A stretch of DNA of 54,542 bases, filler included, from Jimgerdemannia flammicorona (lineage: Eukaryota), in assembly GCA_003990765.1 (NCBI GenBank). It is 3 parts of 3 records of this genome, joined end to end, with 100 filler letters (N's around TTAATTAATTAA, not from the genome) between each part and the next. Parts side by side here need not be neighbours in the genome. Positions count along the whole stretch, not along the records: positions 1 to 18,115 come from RBNJ01002299.1; positions 18,216 to 36,330 come from RBNJ01002300.1; 1 more part is not named here. One strand, given 5' to 3'. This document shows, one piece after another, positions 11,613-23,050 of this stretch. The first letter of the stretch is position 1; each line of letters starts with the position of its first letter. Below the pieces are notes generated by a model, which was not told where the DNA came from, made no database searches, and was given only the letters and a program-made list of their open reading frames with translations. The position numbers and the translations under genes are program-made.

Positions 11613-14600
11613 ATGGCCAAAACCCGTCGGATATATAACTATCTCCTATCTGCCGCAGTGGTCTGCTGTACCATCTGGAGAGTAGGAGCAGCTACATCGT
11701 CCAGCGCATCGAGCCCGTCGGTGATAGCATCCTCGTTGGTAGGGGTCCCGTTAAGCAGTGCTCCAACTCCAACCACAACAGCGAATGCCCTCCCGATCAA
11801 CCTTCCGATTTTACCATCCAATGCGGCGGAGCTAGTGCAGCTGAACGTCGGTATCGTACTACCGGACCCGTCTAAACTCATCATCAACGATACCTCTGAT
11901 CTAGCCCTGGTCGGGGGTGGCATTGCAGCGATACAATTAGCTGCTATGGAGATCAACAACAGGAACCTTATACCTGGCGTGTACGTCAATCTCACCTACG
12001 GACTATATGGATGGCAGGTACGATCAGATATCCATCGAAATTTTTGACCAAAATCCATCTTTTGAAACCGATCCCTTGTATTTTTATTTTAGAGCGATAA
12101 TGACAAGGCAAAGTCAATTTTTGCCACGTCAGATCTGATTCGATCAAATGTGAGGTATGTCATTGAATTCGCATTTTTCCAGGAGCGCATATTTGACAAT
12201 ATGATTTCTAGAAAATAAATGAATATTTTCCAATACCCTACCAGCGCCGTAATAGGCGATGCGTACTCCGTGTCGACATTCTTGTCGGCAGCTATGACTG
12301 GGAAAACCAATATTCCTCAATGCTCTTTCGTTGCAGGTAAATGTTCATTTCTGATCCCGTGTTGTCTTTGCTATAATGCTTGTCAATCGTTATTCGATCT
12401 GCTGCTGAAATCTATCGACTTGTCAGTCGTTATTCGATCTGCTGCTGAAATCGCCACTTTCATATCGACTAATCAAGACCTCGGTTTACTTATCCATTGA
12501 TACTCAATTCAGCCAACGAACAATTGAGCGACAAGGCACAATATCCAACATTCTTTCGGACGGTCCCTACAGCCTTGCTTGGAGATCCACTAGTGACTCT
12601 CTTTCAAAATCAAAGCTGGACGACCATTGGCGTTATATACTCGCCCGACGATAATGCGAAATCCCGTGAGTGTGGTTTTGTGGTGTTGTCAAATCAACGT
12701 CGATGACGTGTCGCATATCCTAACATTCAGCTTTGTTACAGTCACCTCCCAATTAGTATCGAAGTGCAAGGACGCAGGCATAACAGTTGATTTTCAGGAA
12801 ACGACATCTATCTTAGGAATTAGTGCTTTACAACGTGAGTTACTTATTGCCTTATTGCTTCCTTTTCCGCTGGGCAAATGAATACTGATTGACATGCGTT
12901 GCGACCCCTAGCTGTATGGCAAACAATGAATAACTCTTTGGCGAGGGTGATTGTCGTCATACAAGTTGGACCAGTTGATCAGGCCCATTTTTTCATGGCT
13001 GCACAGTAAGATATATAGCATTACATCTGCATGTGTTGCTCGCTTGCCCTTTTTTTTTTTTTTTGAAAATATAATGCTCACATTTTCTCATCGAATCTTG
13101 CAATCTAGAAAACAGGGATTCATGACTGACGACTATGTCTGGATTACTGTCAACCCTATTGCGGAAGACATTGCAGTTGCAGTCCTGAACAACACCACCC
13201 CAGCTACGACAGATGCGACAGCTCTGCTCAACCCGTTTGATGGGATCATTGCTCTGAACCAAGCGTGGAATTGTACGTACAATTTGACATTGGTTTTGAT
13301 ATTACTTTGTGGGCGCGTATGCTCACCGAACCTTTGCTACACAGTGACAGGATTACCTGAATACGACCAATTCCTTGCCAAGTGGTCTCAATTGCCATCG
13401 AACATGTATGTATCGTCACGCTCAGAATTGCGGCGACTATATATGATAAACGAATATCTGTTTGACAAAGATTATATTCCATTATCAAATTGATAGATTC
13501 TACGACCAGGCACCCGACTTCTTGCCACATAATCAGCCACAAGGTATTTATTGTTCCATTGTATTTGCTAATGTTAGCCGCATTTTGGTATTGGCAAAAA
13601 TAAATAACTTGGTTTATACACTTGCAATTTTTCAAAGCCTATTCCTGTATGTACGTCCTTGCATTGGGAATAAATCAAGTAAGCAAATACCCTGGAAAGA
13701 AAGAAATACGGTCCAATGTATAGTTCGAAAGTAACGTACGTTTCTCACCAACCCTTTTGTATTTGACTTTTGTGTAAAAGATACTCAATAACTACCCTGG
13801 AGGGCGACAAACTGGTCTTCGTGATTTAAGCAAAGGGCTTTTCAACCAGAACGCGGGCCCGTTGACGCCTCTACTTTTTAATACGAATTGGACTGGCCCA
13901 GCAGGTGCGTAAACAAACTTGTGTGGATTAAAAACAACTTGAATGATATACTCATTTGCTAATTTTTATTAATCCACCCTTTGTATGTAGGGCTAATGAA
14001 TTTTACTGCGACTGGTAAGCACCTTCATAATCTTGTCGAATACACACAATTTGAATCACGAGAGATGCATCACTCATCAAATTGTCCCGTATCTGCCAAA
14101 TTACTCCTTAGGTGACCTTTTCGCGGCGTACGTGTCTATTGCTATTATCGAGTTTGTGATGTAGTGCGAAAGCAAAGTTTTCTCACAAAATGAGATTCAC
14201 TGGTACTGACTGGCGTCTTTTTGGATTATACAGGAATTTCGAATATCTTTATGTCAAGAACGGTACCTCAGTTAAATTTGCTACTAAATATGGCAGTTCA
14301 TTCAACCTCGTATTGCCACCGTACTTTCATGATGGAACCTCCAATGTAAACCATTTTCGCCACTATCTGCATCATCAAGTCTCTTGATCTTATATCACGT
14401 CTAACCGGCATCTCCACCACCCACAGACTCCAAAGGATCGCGCCAATCCTGCAAGTGTGTATCTTTCTTACCAAAATATCTGCCAGTTGTTATTTGTTCT
14501 TGCACGGAGCTTCCGTTCTCAACAATCCACTACATGCTCACATTATCACAGTTGTGAATCCGCTTCTCACAAGCCTTGGTATTATCATCATCTTGGCCAT

Positions 14601-16307
14601 CTGTGCCCTTGGAGCTCTATGTTGTCTCGTCATGATGCTGATTATCGTTCTAAACCGGAAGGCCGCTGTCGTCAAAGCTTCAAGGTGAGTTCCTGGGAAA
14701 GGTGACATGAGCGTCAACACTCGGTATCCATCTAACTGAGACACGATTGACCTTGCATAGCCCACTTTTCTGCTGTTTTGAGCTGCTGGGTCTCATGTTC
14801 GCGTTCGGATCTATCGCGTCGTACACCTTGATTCCGACCGTGGCGATCTGCTCGCTGCGACCCATCTGCTTGGCCGTGTCATTTGTTCTAGTATTGGGCA
14901 ACATTATTGCCAAAACTTTTAGGATATACCGCATCTTCGACAACTCATTCGCCTTGAAGTCGAATACCATCACCAATCGATATCTTTCGACCATCGTTAT
15001 CGCATTGCTAGCGGGAGCTTTGGTTACAGTCGGGTTGTGGTTAATCCTGGATCCGCCGGTGCCGATGTTGGCCGCGGTTAATAGTTTGTCGTCTGCTTGG
15101 ACTTGTAATTCGAGATACAGCACTGTGGGTCGTGCATCGATTTTTGAGATCCTTTTAATTATTTATTTGGGATCGATGGTGCTTGTCGCCTCAATTTTGG
15201 CTTACAAGGTAAGTCATTTATATTTACACTTAACCGCCGAGGTTTAAAGTCGAATGCTGCGACTAAAACCTGCACTCTTACGACCCCAATGCACAGACTC
15301 GTGGAGTGGATGATATGTTCGGAGAATCAAAGCAGATCGCGTTTGTCAGCTAGTAAGTTGTTGCTCGTTACGTGAACGTTCAGTATGCCACAGGGGACCG
15401 AAATTGACCACGATTTTATCCTGTTCTGTACCATTAGCAATATGATGATCGCCGGCACCATCTGCATCCCGACATTATTCCTCCCGAGCGCCGAATTCCT
15501 GGCGTCGTATTACCTTTGTATCTGCGCTCTACTTTTTGCGACAGTTTTTGCCCTGATCGCACTATTCGTACCAAAGATGATTGCCATCGTTAAACACCAT
15601 AAGCTGAAGAAGCATACTCGTCCGACGACGACGCATGCGACGAATAACACGTGGGATGCAAGCAAGATCACCTTGAGCGCCATCGTGCCCAAGTTCGACA
15701 TGGTTCTCGATGCCCATGAAGGAGTGCTACCCGTCAGGATCCAGAAGAAAAATATGCCCTACTTCTCACGGTGGCAGACAAAGAAGCTAGTAGTTATTAC
15801 TAAGATGGGCTACTTCATGTTAATTGATGTAAGTGTTCTGCCAATCCGTCCTTGTGCTGTACCAATCCCCAAGGCCAGCAGCATAAACTGCAAACAGCCA
15901 AACAACTGGTTACGTCATGTTCACCGATGGCTCATAACCGTTGCTTTGCACAATGTCAATCATCGTAGCGCGAAACCCGCAAGGCGTCACCGTATCAATT
16001 CGTTTCATGCAAGGCGATCACAACGAACAATCACGACGACTATATCTTCCAAGTCACGGGGGTCGACAATCTTGAGTTCTACTTCCAGGTCAAAGACGCC
16101 ATGAGCCTCGACAAATGGGTCCAGCGGTTTCAAAACAAGCAACTTGACCCCAGAAGGGATTTTTCCCCTCCACAATATAGCCATACCACCCCGAACTCGA
16201 GTAACCATTCGGAGGAGCTCGGCGATGAGGACGACCTCGGGTTGAATCTCTTCAACAAGCCGCGGAATCGGTTGACTGAGTGGCGCCGCAAGGACAATGA
16301 CGTTTAA
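11613..16307 (+). CDS. Class C (GABA-B/mGluR-like) GPCR: signal peptide, ANF/periplasmic-binding (Venus flytrap) domain, 7TM_3, C-terminal PH-like domain; about 20 exons
   Basis: Spliced over GT-AG introns (e.g. exons 11613-12017, 12093-12154, 12245-12336, 12513-12665 ... 15969-16307). Motifs: AIQLAAMEIN, VSAVIGDAYS, IPQCS, LSDKAQYPTFFRTVP, YVWI, AYSCMYVLA, VVKASSPLF, IIAKTFRIYRIF, ESKQIAFVSY, LFVPK. Confidence 0.9.
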
Positions 16308-17370
16308 TCTGTTTCAATCGGGTTGTTACGTATTATACTGATTTTTGAATGTAAATAAGTAACCTGTATATGTATCAATATTGTATCATCTCTCTTAGTC
16401 GTTCACGCATTTGGTGTTAGCACCATCCATCCCAATTCTCGCATCACTTTGTCATTTTAAAAAGTATAGTTTAATGGAGTATCGGAAGTTCATGACAAAT
16501 GTAATTTCCCTTAATATCTTTTTGTACCCGAAATACCAACAATGATTCTTCGTTCTCATCAAATGTGGATATTGTATCGTTTCGAGAGAGAGAGAGAGGC
16601 CGAATTTTAAGCTGATAAAAGCAAAGTGATTGCCTCCATCGGCGCATCGAGGTTCATGCAACATGAAAATGCGTTCACTTTGGTGGGCACCTCATAGACG
16701 GCATATCGGATCTCAAGTTTGCATCCAAGGTTGTGCTATTTTTATTTCAGCGATGGTCCCACAATCGATGTTTGTGCTCGTGAGGCGGCGGCGGATATGT
16801 ACATAACCAAGAGCGTGACCAAAGCTTGTAATTATGTTCCGACAGCTTGGGATGAAGGCGAAAAAAGGGAAAAGCGACACACGAATATGAAACAGGCTCG
16901 ATGGTTTCCTTTAATGGAAGGGACTCGTTATGATGCGATCGCTCCGTGATCGGTCAAACAAAATTAAAATATTGGTATAAATTATAATGACTATTAAAAA
17001 TCATTAAAATTATTATGTTAGTGTAAATGTATTTATAAAACTTTATTATTTCAGTTATTAAGTTCCATTTTCGGACGGTAGTAGTTTTATGTCAATCTCG
17101 GACCATAGTCGAGAAGATGAGTCTGTCAGTCTCCTCCTGCAGCATGGAGTGCCCCAAGCCGGCGTTGCAGAGATTAGCAAGGTGCGAAGGGATTGGTCTT
17201 AGAGATTGTAGAGGCAGAGAATGAATGTTTGGAAGTGTGGAATCGTAGGGTCACGCTGGGAGGCTAGTGTCGGCAATTCGGAGAGGCCGGAGGGCTGCAG
17301 AAGTCCGGATGTATGGGTGAGAATCACAACAAAACAAACCGATGATGGACCGAAATCTTAGTCTACTCAC

Positions 17371-17559
17371 CTAGTTCACAAAGTTGGAAAGCACGAGCGT
17401 GATGGCGAGCCACGGGATAAAGAACCCAATACGGATTACAAAACATATACCCACCTTGAAGCCATGCGTTATGCCCGCGCCACTTGTGTTTATGATAATA
17501 TTCGGGTCGAATCTTCGCGGTTTGGTCGTTGGGTTGACAGCGGTAGGCTTATCGTCGTT

Positions 17560-17598
<39 letters not shown>

Positions 17599-17703
17599 AG
17601 CCGTATAGTGCTGTTTTCGACTTGGCTTCTTCGCCTTCGAAACGCGACGCGTCGTCGCCTCCGCAGCTGTCGTGTCGTCTTGATGATTATGCAGTACAGG
17701 GGT
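17371..17703 (-). other. Open frame resembling the C-terminus of a Pro/Thr-rich, possibly GPI-anchored protein; 5' part not resolvable
   Basis: 111 codons ...APPTPTPTPTPTPTNDDK...NTSGAGITHG...IGFFIPWLAITLVLSNFVN*. The (GGCGTC)n repeat at ~17561-17596 encodes the PT repeat. Upstream frames contain stops. Confidence 0.35.
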
Positions 17704-18115
17704 CTAGAGGCGGTTGCGCGGGCGTCGTTTGGTTCGCCGGGGTTATCGCTTTCGTCGAGCGCTGCCCCTCGTTTTCGCGTTCGGCGGCCTGGTTGGACCT
17801 GCTATTCGTTCTTACTAGATCAAATTTCGTTTTCCCCTCGAATTACATATTAAGTTGGGTCCTACCCATTTTTCTCTGTTGAGGAACGGCATCATGGTTC
17901 CATGATCGTACATCTCGTTCAAGCCTCAACCCTTCCTGAGATTTGCAAATTATATTTGCGAGTGCGGGCAGGGGCCATCCGTGCTGTTATTCTTAATTAA
18001 GTAGGTCGTAGGATTCTTTGCTCGGCATCAACTCGTCTATCACACAAAATCAGTCAACACCTCACTTGTCTTTCACCTTCAAGCGTGGGGCTTGGCTTTT
18101 TTTTTTTTTTTTTTT

Positions 18116-18215
18116 NNNNNNNNNNNNNNNNNNNNNNNNNNNNNNNNNNNNNNNNNNNNTTAATTAATTAANNNNNNNNNNNNNNNNNNNNNNNNNNNNN
18201 NNNNNNNNNNNNNNN
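18116..18215. other. Artificial contig spacer
   Basis: 44 N + TTAATTAATTAA (stops in all frames) + 44 N. Confidence 0.98.
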
Positions 18216-18975
18216 CTCTCCCCCCTTACCCTCTCCATACCCCCTCTTCTTTCCCACCCCCGATTCTTGTCGTACCATTCGATCATGCTCGCTGGGTCGC
18301 TCAATGCCCTGATACCGTCCTGCGCTCTTCTCTTTCACACCATGGACTTTTATCTCTTTCCCGACGCCCTCTGATTGCTTGTTCGCATCTTCCTTCTGTT
18401 TCATCTTCAATCCATCGCTCTCGCTTTACATTTTCATCACCTTCTGGTGCCTCCGGTTCTGCCGGAGAGGATTAAAAAACATCCTTGCCCCCTCCGGGGT
18501 CTCGCACTCGCTCCGGGGTCTCGGCCTTACTCCGCTCCCCTCTGCTGCCTTCGGCCCCTCGCTTCGCTCGGGCTCGCTGCGGCTCGCTCCGTTTCAGCCT
18601 CACCCCTCGCTCGCGCTCACTCCTCCGGGGTCTGCGGATGTTTTTTAATCTCGATTTGGATTTGTTTTGTTTGTGTTTGTTTGTGATTTTTATCCTGCAA
18701 CTGGGATTGGCTCCCCCTTTATCTCCGCTTATCTCCGGCGGTCATGTGGTTCCTAATTCAGTTCGCCCCGAGTTGTGGCGCGTCCTCCCTTTTGGGACAT
18801 CGTATTTTGTATATAAGGACTGCGTTTTTACGTGGCAATAAATGGCTGATGCATTTTCGGTTACGTTCTTTATTCATTCCCCTTATACACGCTCTTCCAC
18901 ATGTCTTCCGTTCGCTTTGACACTGGCTCTGGGTTCGCTCCCTTGGCTCCAGCTGGGCCTTCTTCCTCCTCTGAC
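18216..18975 (+). mobile_element. Third, CpG-intact PLE copy (ORF C-terminus and 3' UTR), cut by the contig end
   Basis: Open frame PILVVPFDHARWVAQCPD...RRPLIACSHLPSVSSSIHRSRF...GED* aligns with 2890-3111 and 4140-4354. Followed by the hairpin, a TATATAAG and an AATAAA. Confidence 0.8.
18470..18650 (+). repeat. 181-bp GC-rich multi-branch hairpin closed by a perfect 15-bp inverted repeat
   Basis: GATTAAAAAACATCC (18470-18484) pairs with GGATGTTTTTTAATC (18636-18650). Interior has CCCCTCCGGGG stems and CGCTTCGCTCG/GCTCGC motifs. Confidence 0.9.
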
Positions 18976-18989
18976 ATATCTTTATTATA

Positions 18990-21900
18990 ATAATCTACTC
19001 CAAGAAATAAGACAAGAGACTATCAGTCAATGAAAGCATCAAGCTAATACTAGAAGAATTCAAGGATGTCTTTCCAGATAAGCTACCTGGTCTACCATTT
19101 ACATGAGAAGTTGATCATAAAATCAAACTGACCCCAGAAGCTGTATCACTCAAGAAATACATATACTACATATCACTACTCGAAATTGAAGTAGTCAAGA
19201 AGGAACTAAAAGAACTACTAGTATAAGAAGCCATTCAGCTAAGCAAATCTCCTTTTGGCTCACTAGTCTTATTAATCAAGAAGAAGAATAGTACCCTATA
19301 AATGTATATAGACTATCATGTACTCAACAAACTCACTATCAAGAACTGCTATCCACTATCTTTGATTGATCAAATCTTTGATGCTCTCAAGAATGCCAAG
19401 CACTTCACTAAGTTAGACCTTATGTCAGAATACTACCAGATTTGAATTAAGCCAGAAGATATTCCCAAGACTATATTCATAACTCCCTTTGGACTCTATG
19501 AATTCCTGGTCTTAGCATTTAGTCTCACCAATATACCTACCACATTCCAGACCCTGATGAACAAGATATTCAAGGACCAACTATTTATTTTTCTGTTAGT
19601 ATATCTTGATGACATCCTGATCCTTAGTGCAACTAAAGAAGAATACCTCAAACATATTTGAATAGTCCTAGAGATCCTGTAAAAACACAAGCTTTATACC
19701 AAGCTCAAGAAGTGTAAGGAACAAGTTGAATATCTTAGCTACATTATCTCTGCATAAGGAATTCAAGTAGACCCACACAAGATAGAAGCAATTGAAGAAT
19801 GGCCCATTTTGTCAAACCTTACAGAACTCCAATTCTTTCTTAGTCTAGCTAGCTATTACTACTACTTTGTCAGAAACTTCTCTGATATTACTGAGCCACT
19901 AACTAATCTTATGAGGAAGGCTCTATACTCAGACCACTATGTACTCTACATCTGGGACCTCTTCTGTCAACAAGCCTTTCAAGAACTCAAAAACCACCTG
20001 ACCTATGCTCTAGTCCTGCATAATGCAGATTAAGGCCTAAAATTCATAGTCACCACTGATGTGTTGAATTTTGCCATTAGAGCAGTCTTGTTATAATATG
20101 ATGGCAAAAAACATCACTCTATTGCTTTTGAGTCCCACAAGCTAGCCCCAGCTGAACAAAAGCTAGCTACTCATGAGAAGGAACTACTAGCAATAATATA
20201 TATACTAGACCACTAACAATGCTATCTAGAAGGTGTTGAGTTTGATGTCATTACTGATCATCAATCTCTCAAGTACATCAACACCCAATCTACTCTATCA
20301 TATCTATAAGCCAAGTGGAGCCTCAAGCTTCAAACCTTCAATCCAATGATCATCTATAAGCCTGGCAAGACACTTGTAGTACCAGATGCCTTATCAAGAT
20401 ACCTAGACCTTGCTATAATCATATAAGTCACCTTGGCATCAGAATTTCTAGACCAAATCAGGCAAGCTTATAAAGAAGACACAGTTGCTACTAGAGTTTT
20501 CTTGAATGAACTCAAGGATATATATACTATTGAGAACAATCTGATCTATTATTAAGACCAAGTCTATCTACCTGAAAACATGAACCTATGCTATAAGGTT
20601 TTGCAAGAACACCATGACTCCCCTCTCACCAGTCATCTGGAAATTGAGAAGACTATCAAGAACATCCAACACTGCTACTATTGGCTAAATATGGTCAAGG
20701 AAATCAAGAACTATGTTGCCAGCTGTGATCTATGTCAGTACAATAAGTCTACCAACTAAGTATCTGCTGGTTTGTTACAACTACTGTCAATTCCTACCAA
20801 GAAGTTTGAGCAAGTCACCATAGACTTTATAACTCAACTACCATGAACTAAATCTGGTACTGATACTATCATTATATTTGTTGACTGCCTGACCAAGACT
20901 ATGGTTGCTGAATCAACCACTACCAATGCTACTGCATCCAAGATTGCAAGAATCTTCTTCAAGTCTATCTTTCATCACTATGGTCTACTCTGAGTAATTG
21001 TTAGCAATTGTGACCCCAAGTTCACCAGTCACTTCTAACAAACTCTTTTCAAGACTCTGGGAACCCATTTGGCTATATCTACTGCCTTTTATCTACAAAC
21101 TGATAGACAAACCAAGCACATAAACAGAACTCTAGAACAAATACTTAGAAACTATATTTCTTATAAGCAAGATGATTGAGACATCTATCTGACTTATATA
21201 GAGTTTGTATACAATAATGCTGTCCAATCATCTACTGGTCTTTCCCCTTTCCAGTTACTCCACAGTCAAGATTCTGAGACCCCTACAAGTCTATTCTCTT
21301 TTAAGAAAACCAGTCAAATACAAGTCCCAACTACCAAGAACCTTATAGATAAAATGGATGAACTACTCAAGATTGCTACTATGAATCTTCAAAAGGCTCA
21401 ACAGTATTAAGCTAAGTATGCTGACAAGAAATGCTATGATATTACTTACACTATTGGAGATCAAGTCCTACTATCTACTAAGAACCTCAAGATATAATCT
21501 CAAGTTAACTGCTCTTTGAACAAGTTTCAACCCAAGTATATTGGACCTTTTGAGATCACTGAACAAGTCTCTGCATCCTCCTACCACCTCAAGCTATCTG
21601 AAACCATGAGAGTACACCCAGTCTTCTATATGTTATACCTCAAAACCTAGAATCAGTCACTACCCTACCCTGGTCAAATTTCTAAGTCTTCTGTCCCTGT
21701 GATTATTGAAGACTATATTAAGTATAAAGCTGAGAAAATTCTCAACAAATGAATTCACTACCACTGCCCTGAATACCTAGTCAAGTAGATGGGTTATCCT
21801 GAATATGATGCTATCTAGGAACTACTGATCAATCTCAAGAACTCTCAAAATCTAGTTCAAGACTTTGAGACAAAATATATTGCTCAATCTCTATAGTGAC

Positions 21901-22660
21901 TTCCTTGGATTATTAACAATCTATGACAAAGACCAGTGTCTTATACATTGGAAGTTTACTTTGAGATCTCAGAACCAGCAGAATATTTAATGAACAAAAA
22001 GTCCACCAAAATGAGGCTACTAGCTGAGTTCAAACCTCTTCCAGTTGGTTAGTCTGGTAATAGACCCTCTCTCCTATACAAGAATGGCCAATCCCCACTA
22101 ATGTACCAATACAAGTTTGAGAAATTTTGATTAAGTATATCTAATCTTATATTACTTAAGAACTCAACAAGGACATTAGTTCTTAAAGAGAGAGAGATAT
22201 AATAATTTTATAGTTATATTTAGTCTTAGTATATTTTCATATCTTTTAGTTAGTCTTTTCTTATCATTTCTTGAACATTCTACTATATTCCATCACCTTA
22301 TACTTGCTTAGAAATCTTCTCTCAGCACCTAGATATCACTAGAACATTCTTGTCTTTCCTTGATGCCAAGTATCTTATTTTAACTAGTCATAGAACCTTT
22401 CAGAACATTGTAGAATAGTATTAGTTAGCTTTGCCAAGAACCTATTTCTTGGCATTTCTCTTTCTTTCCAAGATCCTTCTGGATCTTTCTTCAGATTATA
22501 TACAAATATCCTTATTTTCTGCCTAAATAAAGCTCAGAATATTTTCTCCCAGAAATCCTTCAAGAACACTTGAACCTTTAAGTATCTCTTCAAGCTACTT
22601 TAGGCCAACTAGAACTTCCTGATTTAGCTACTTCCTCTTAAAGAAACTAGAACTATTATA
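18990..22660 (+). mobile_element. Decayed Ty3/Gypsy chromovirus (RT-RNaseH-IN-chromodomain, PPT, 3' LTR); 5' end missing
   Basis: [73 protein letters not shown]. Many stops. Purine tract at ~22185-22197. Confidence 0.9.
22198..22660 (+). repeat. Putative 3' LTR of the chromovirus
   Basis: Follows the purine tract; contains TATATA and AATAAA. Termini appear deaminated (TATAATA...TATTATA), so boundaries are approximate. Confidence 0.55.
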
Positions 22661-22771
22661 GCCAGTATCAAACTCTATTCCAATTGCTTAAAAAAATATA
22701 TTATTGTTAGATATATTATCTGTTATTATAGTTAATATCTAGAGTGAAAGATTAATAATTTGAAATATAAG

Positions 22772-22890
22772 TTTTTGAAAATTCTGACCTTTTTTGAAAA
22801 TTCTGACCTTTTTCAAAAATTCTGCCCTTTTTCAAAATCCTGCCCTTTTCAAAAAATCCCAAAAATCCCACTCTTTTTCAAAAATCCCAA
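22772..22890. repeat. Degenerate ~19-bp tandem repeat (TTTTGAAAATTCTGACCT type) followed by poly-T
   Basis: Visible direct repeats. Confidence 0.7.
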
Positions 22891-23050
22891 CCATCCTAAC
22901 TTTTTTTTTTTTTTTTTTTTTTTTATCTTTTCAAAATATGATCTATATACCTTTATCTGTATGCTAAAATCTCAAACACATCTTCCAAAAATATCAGTAA
23001 GATTTTTACCCAAATGAGATTCTAATAGCTTAACAAAAGCAATTAGTATA

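Noticed and set aside
18168..18410. ORFs running into N runs (also 36375-36557)
   Set aside because: Artefacts of the spacer.
18845..18870. Hammerhead ribozyme core at CTGATGC
   Set aside because: Lacks CTGAnGA and a paired GAAA with stems.
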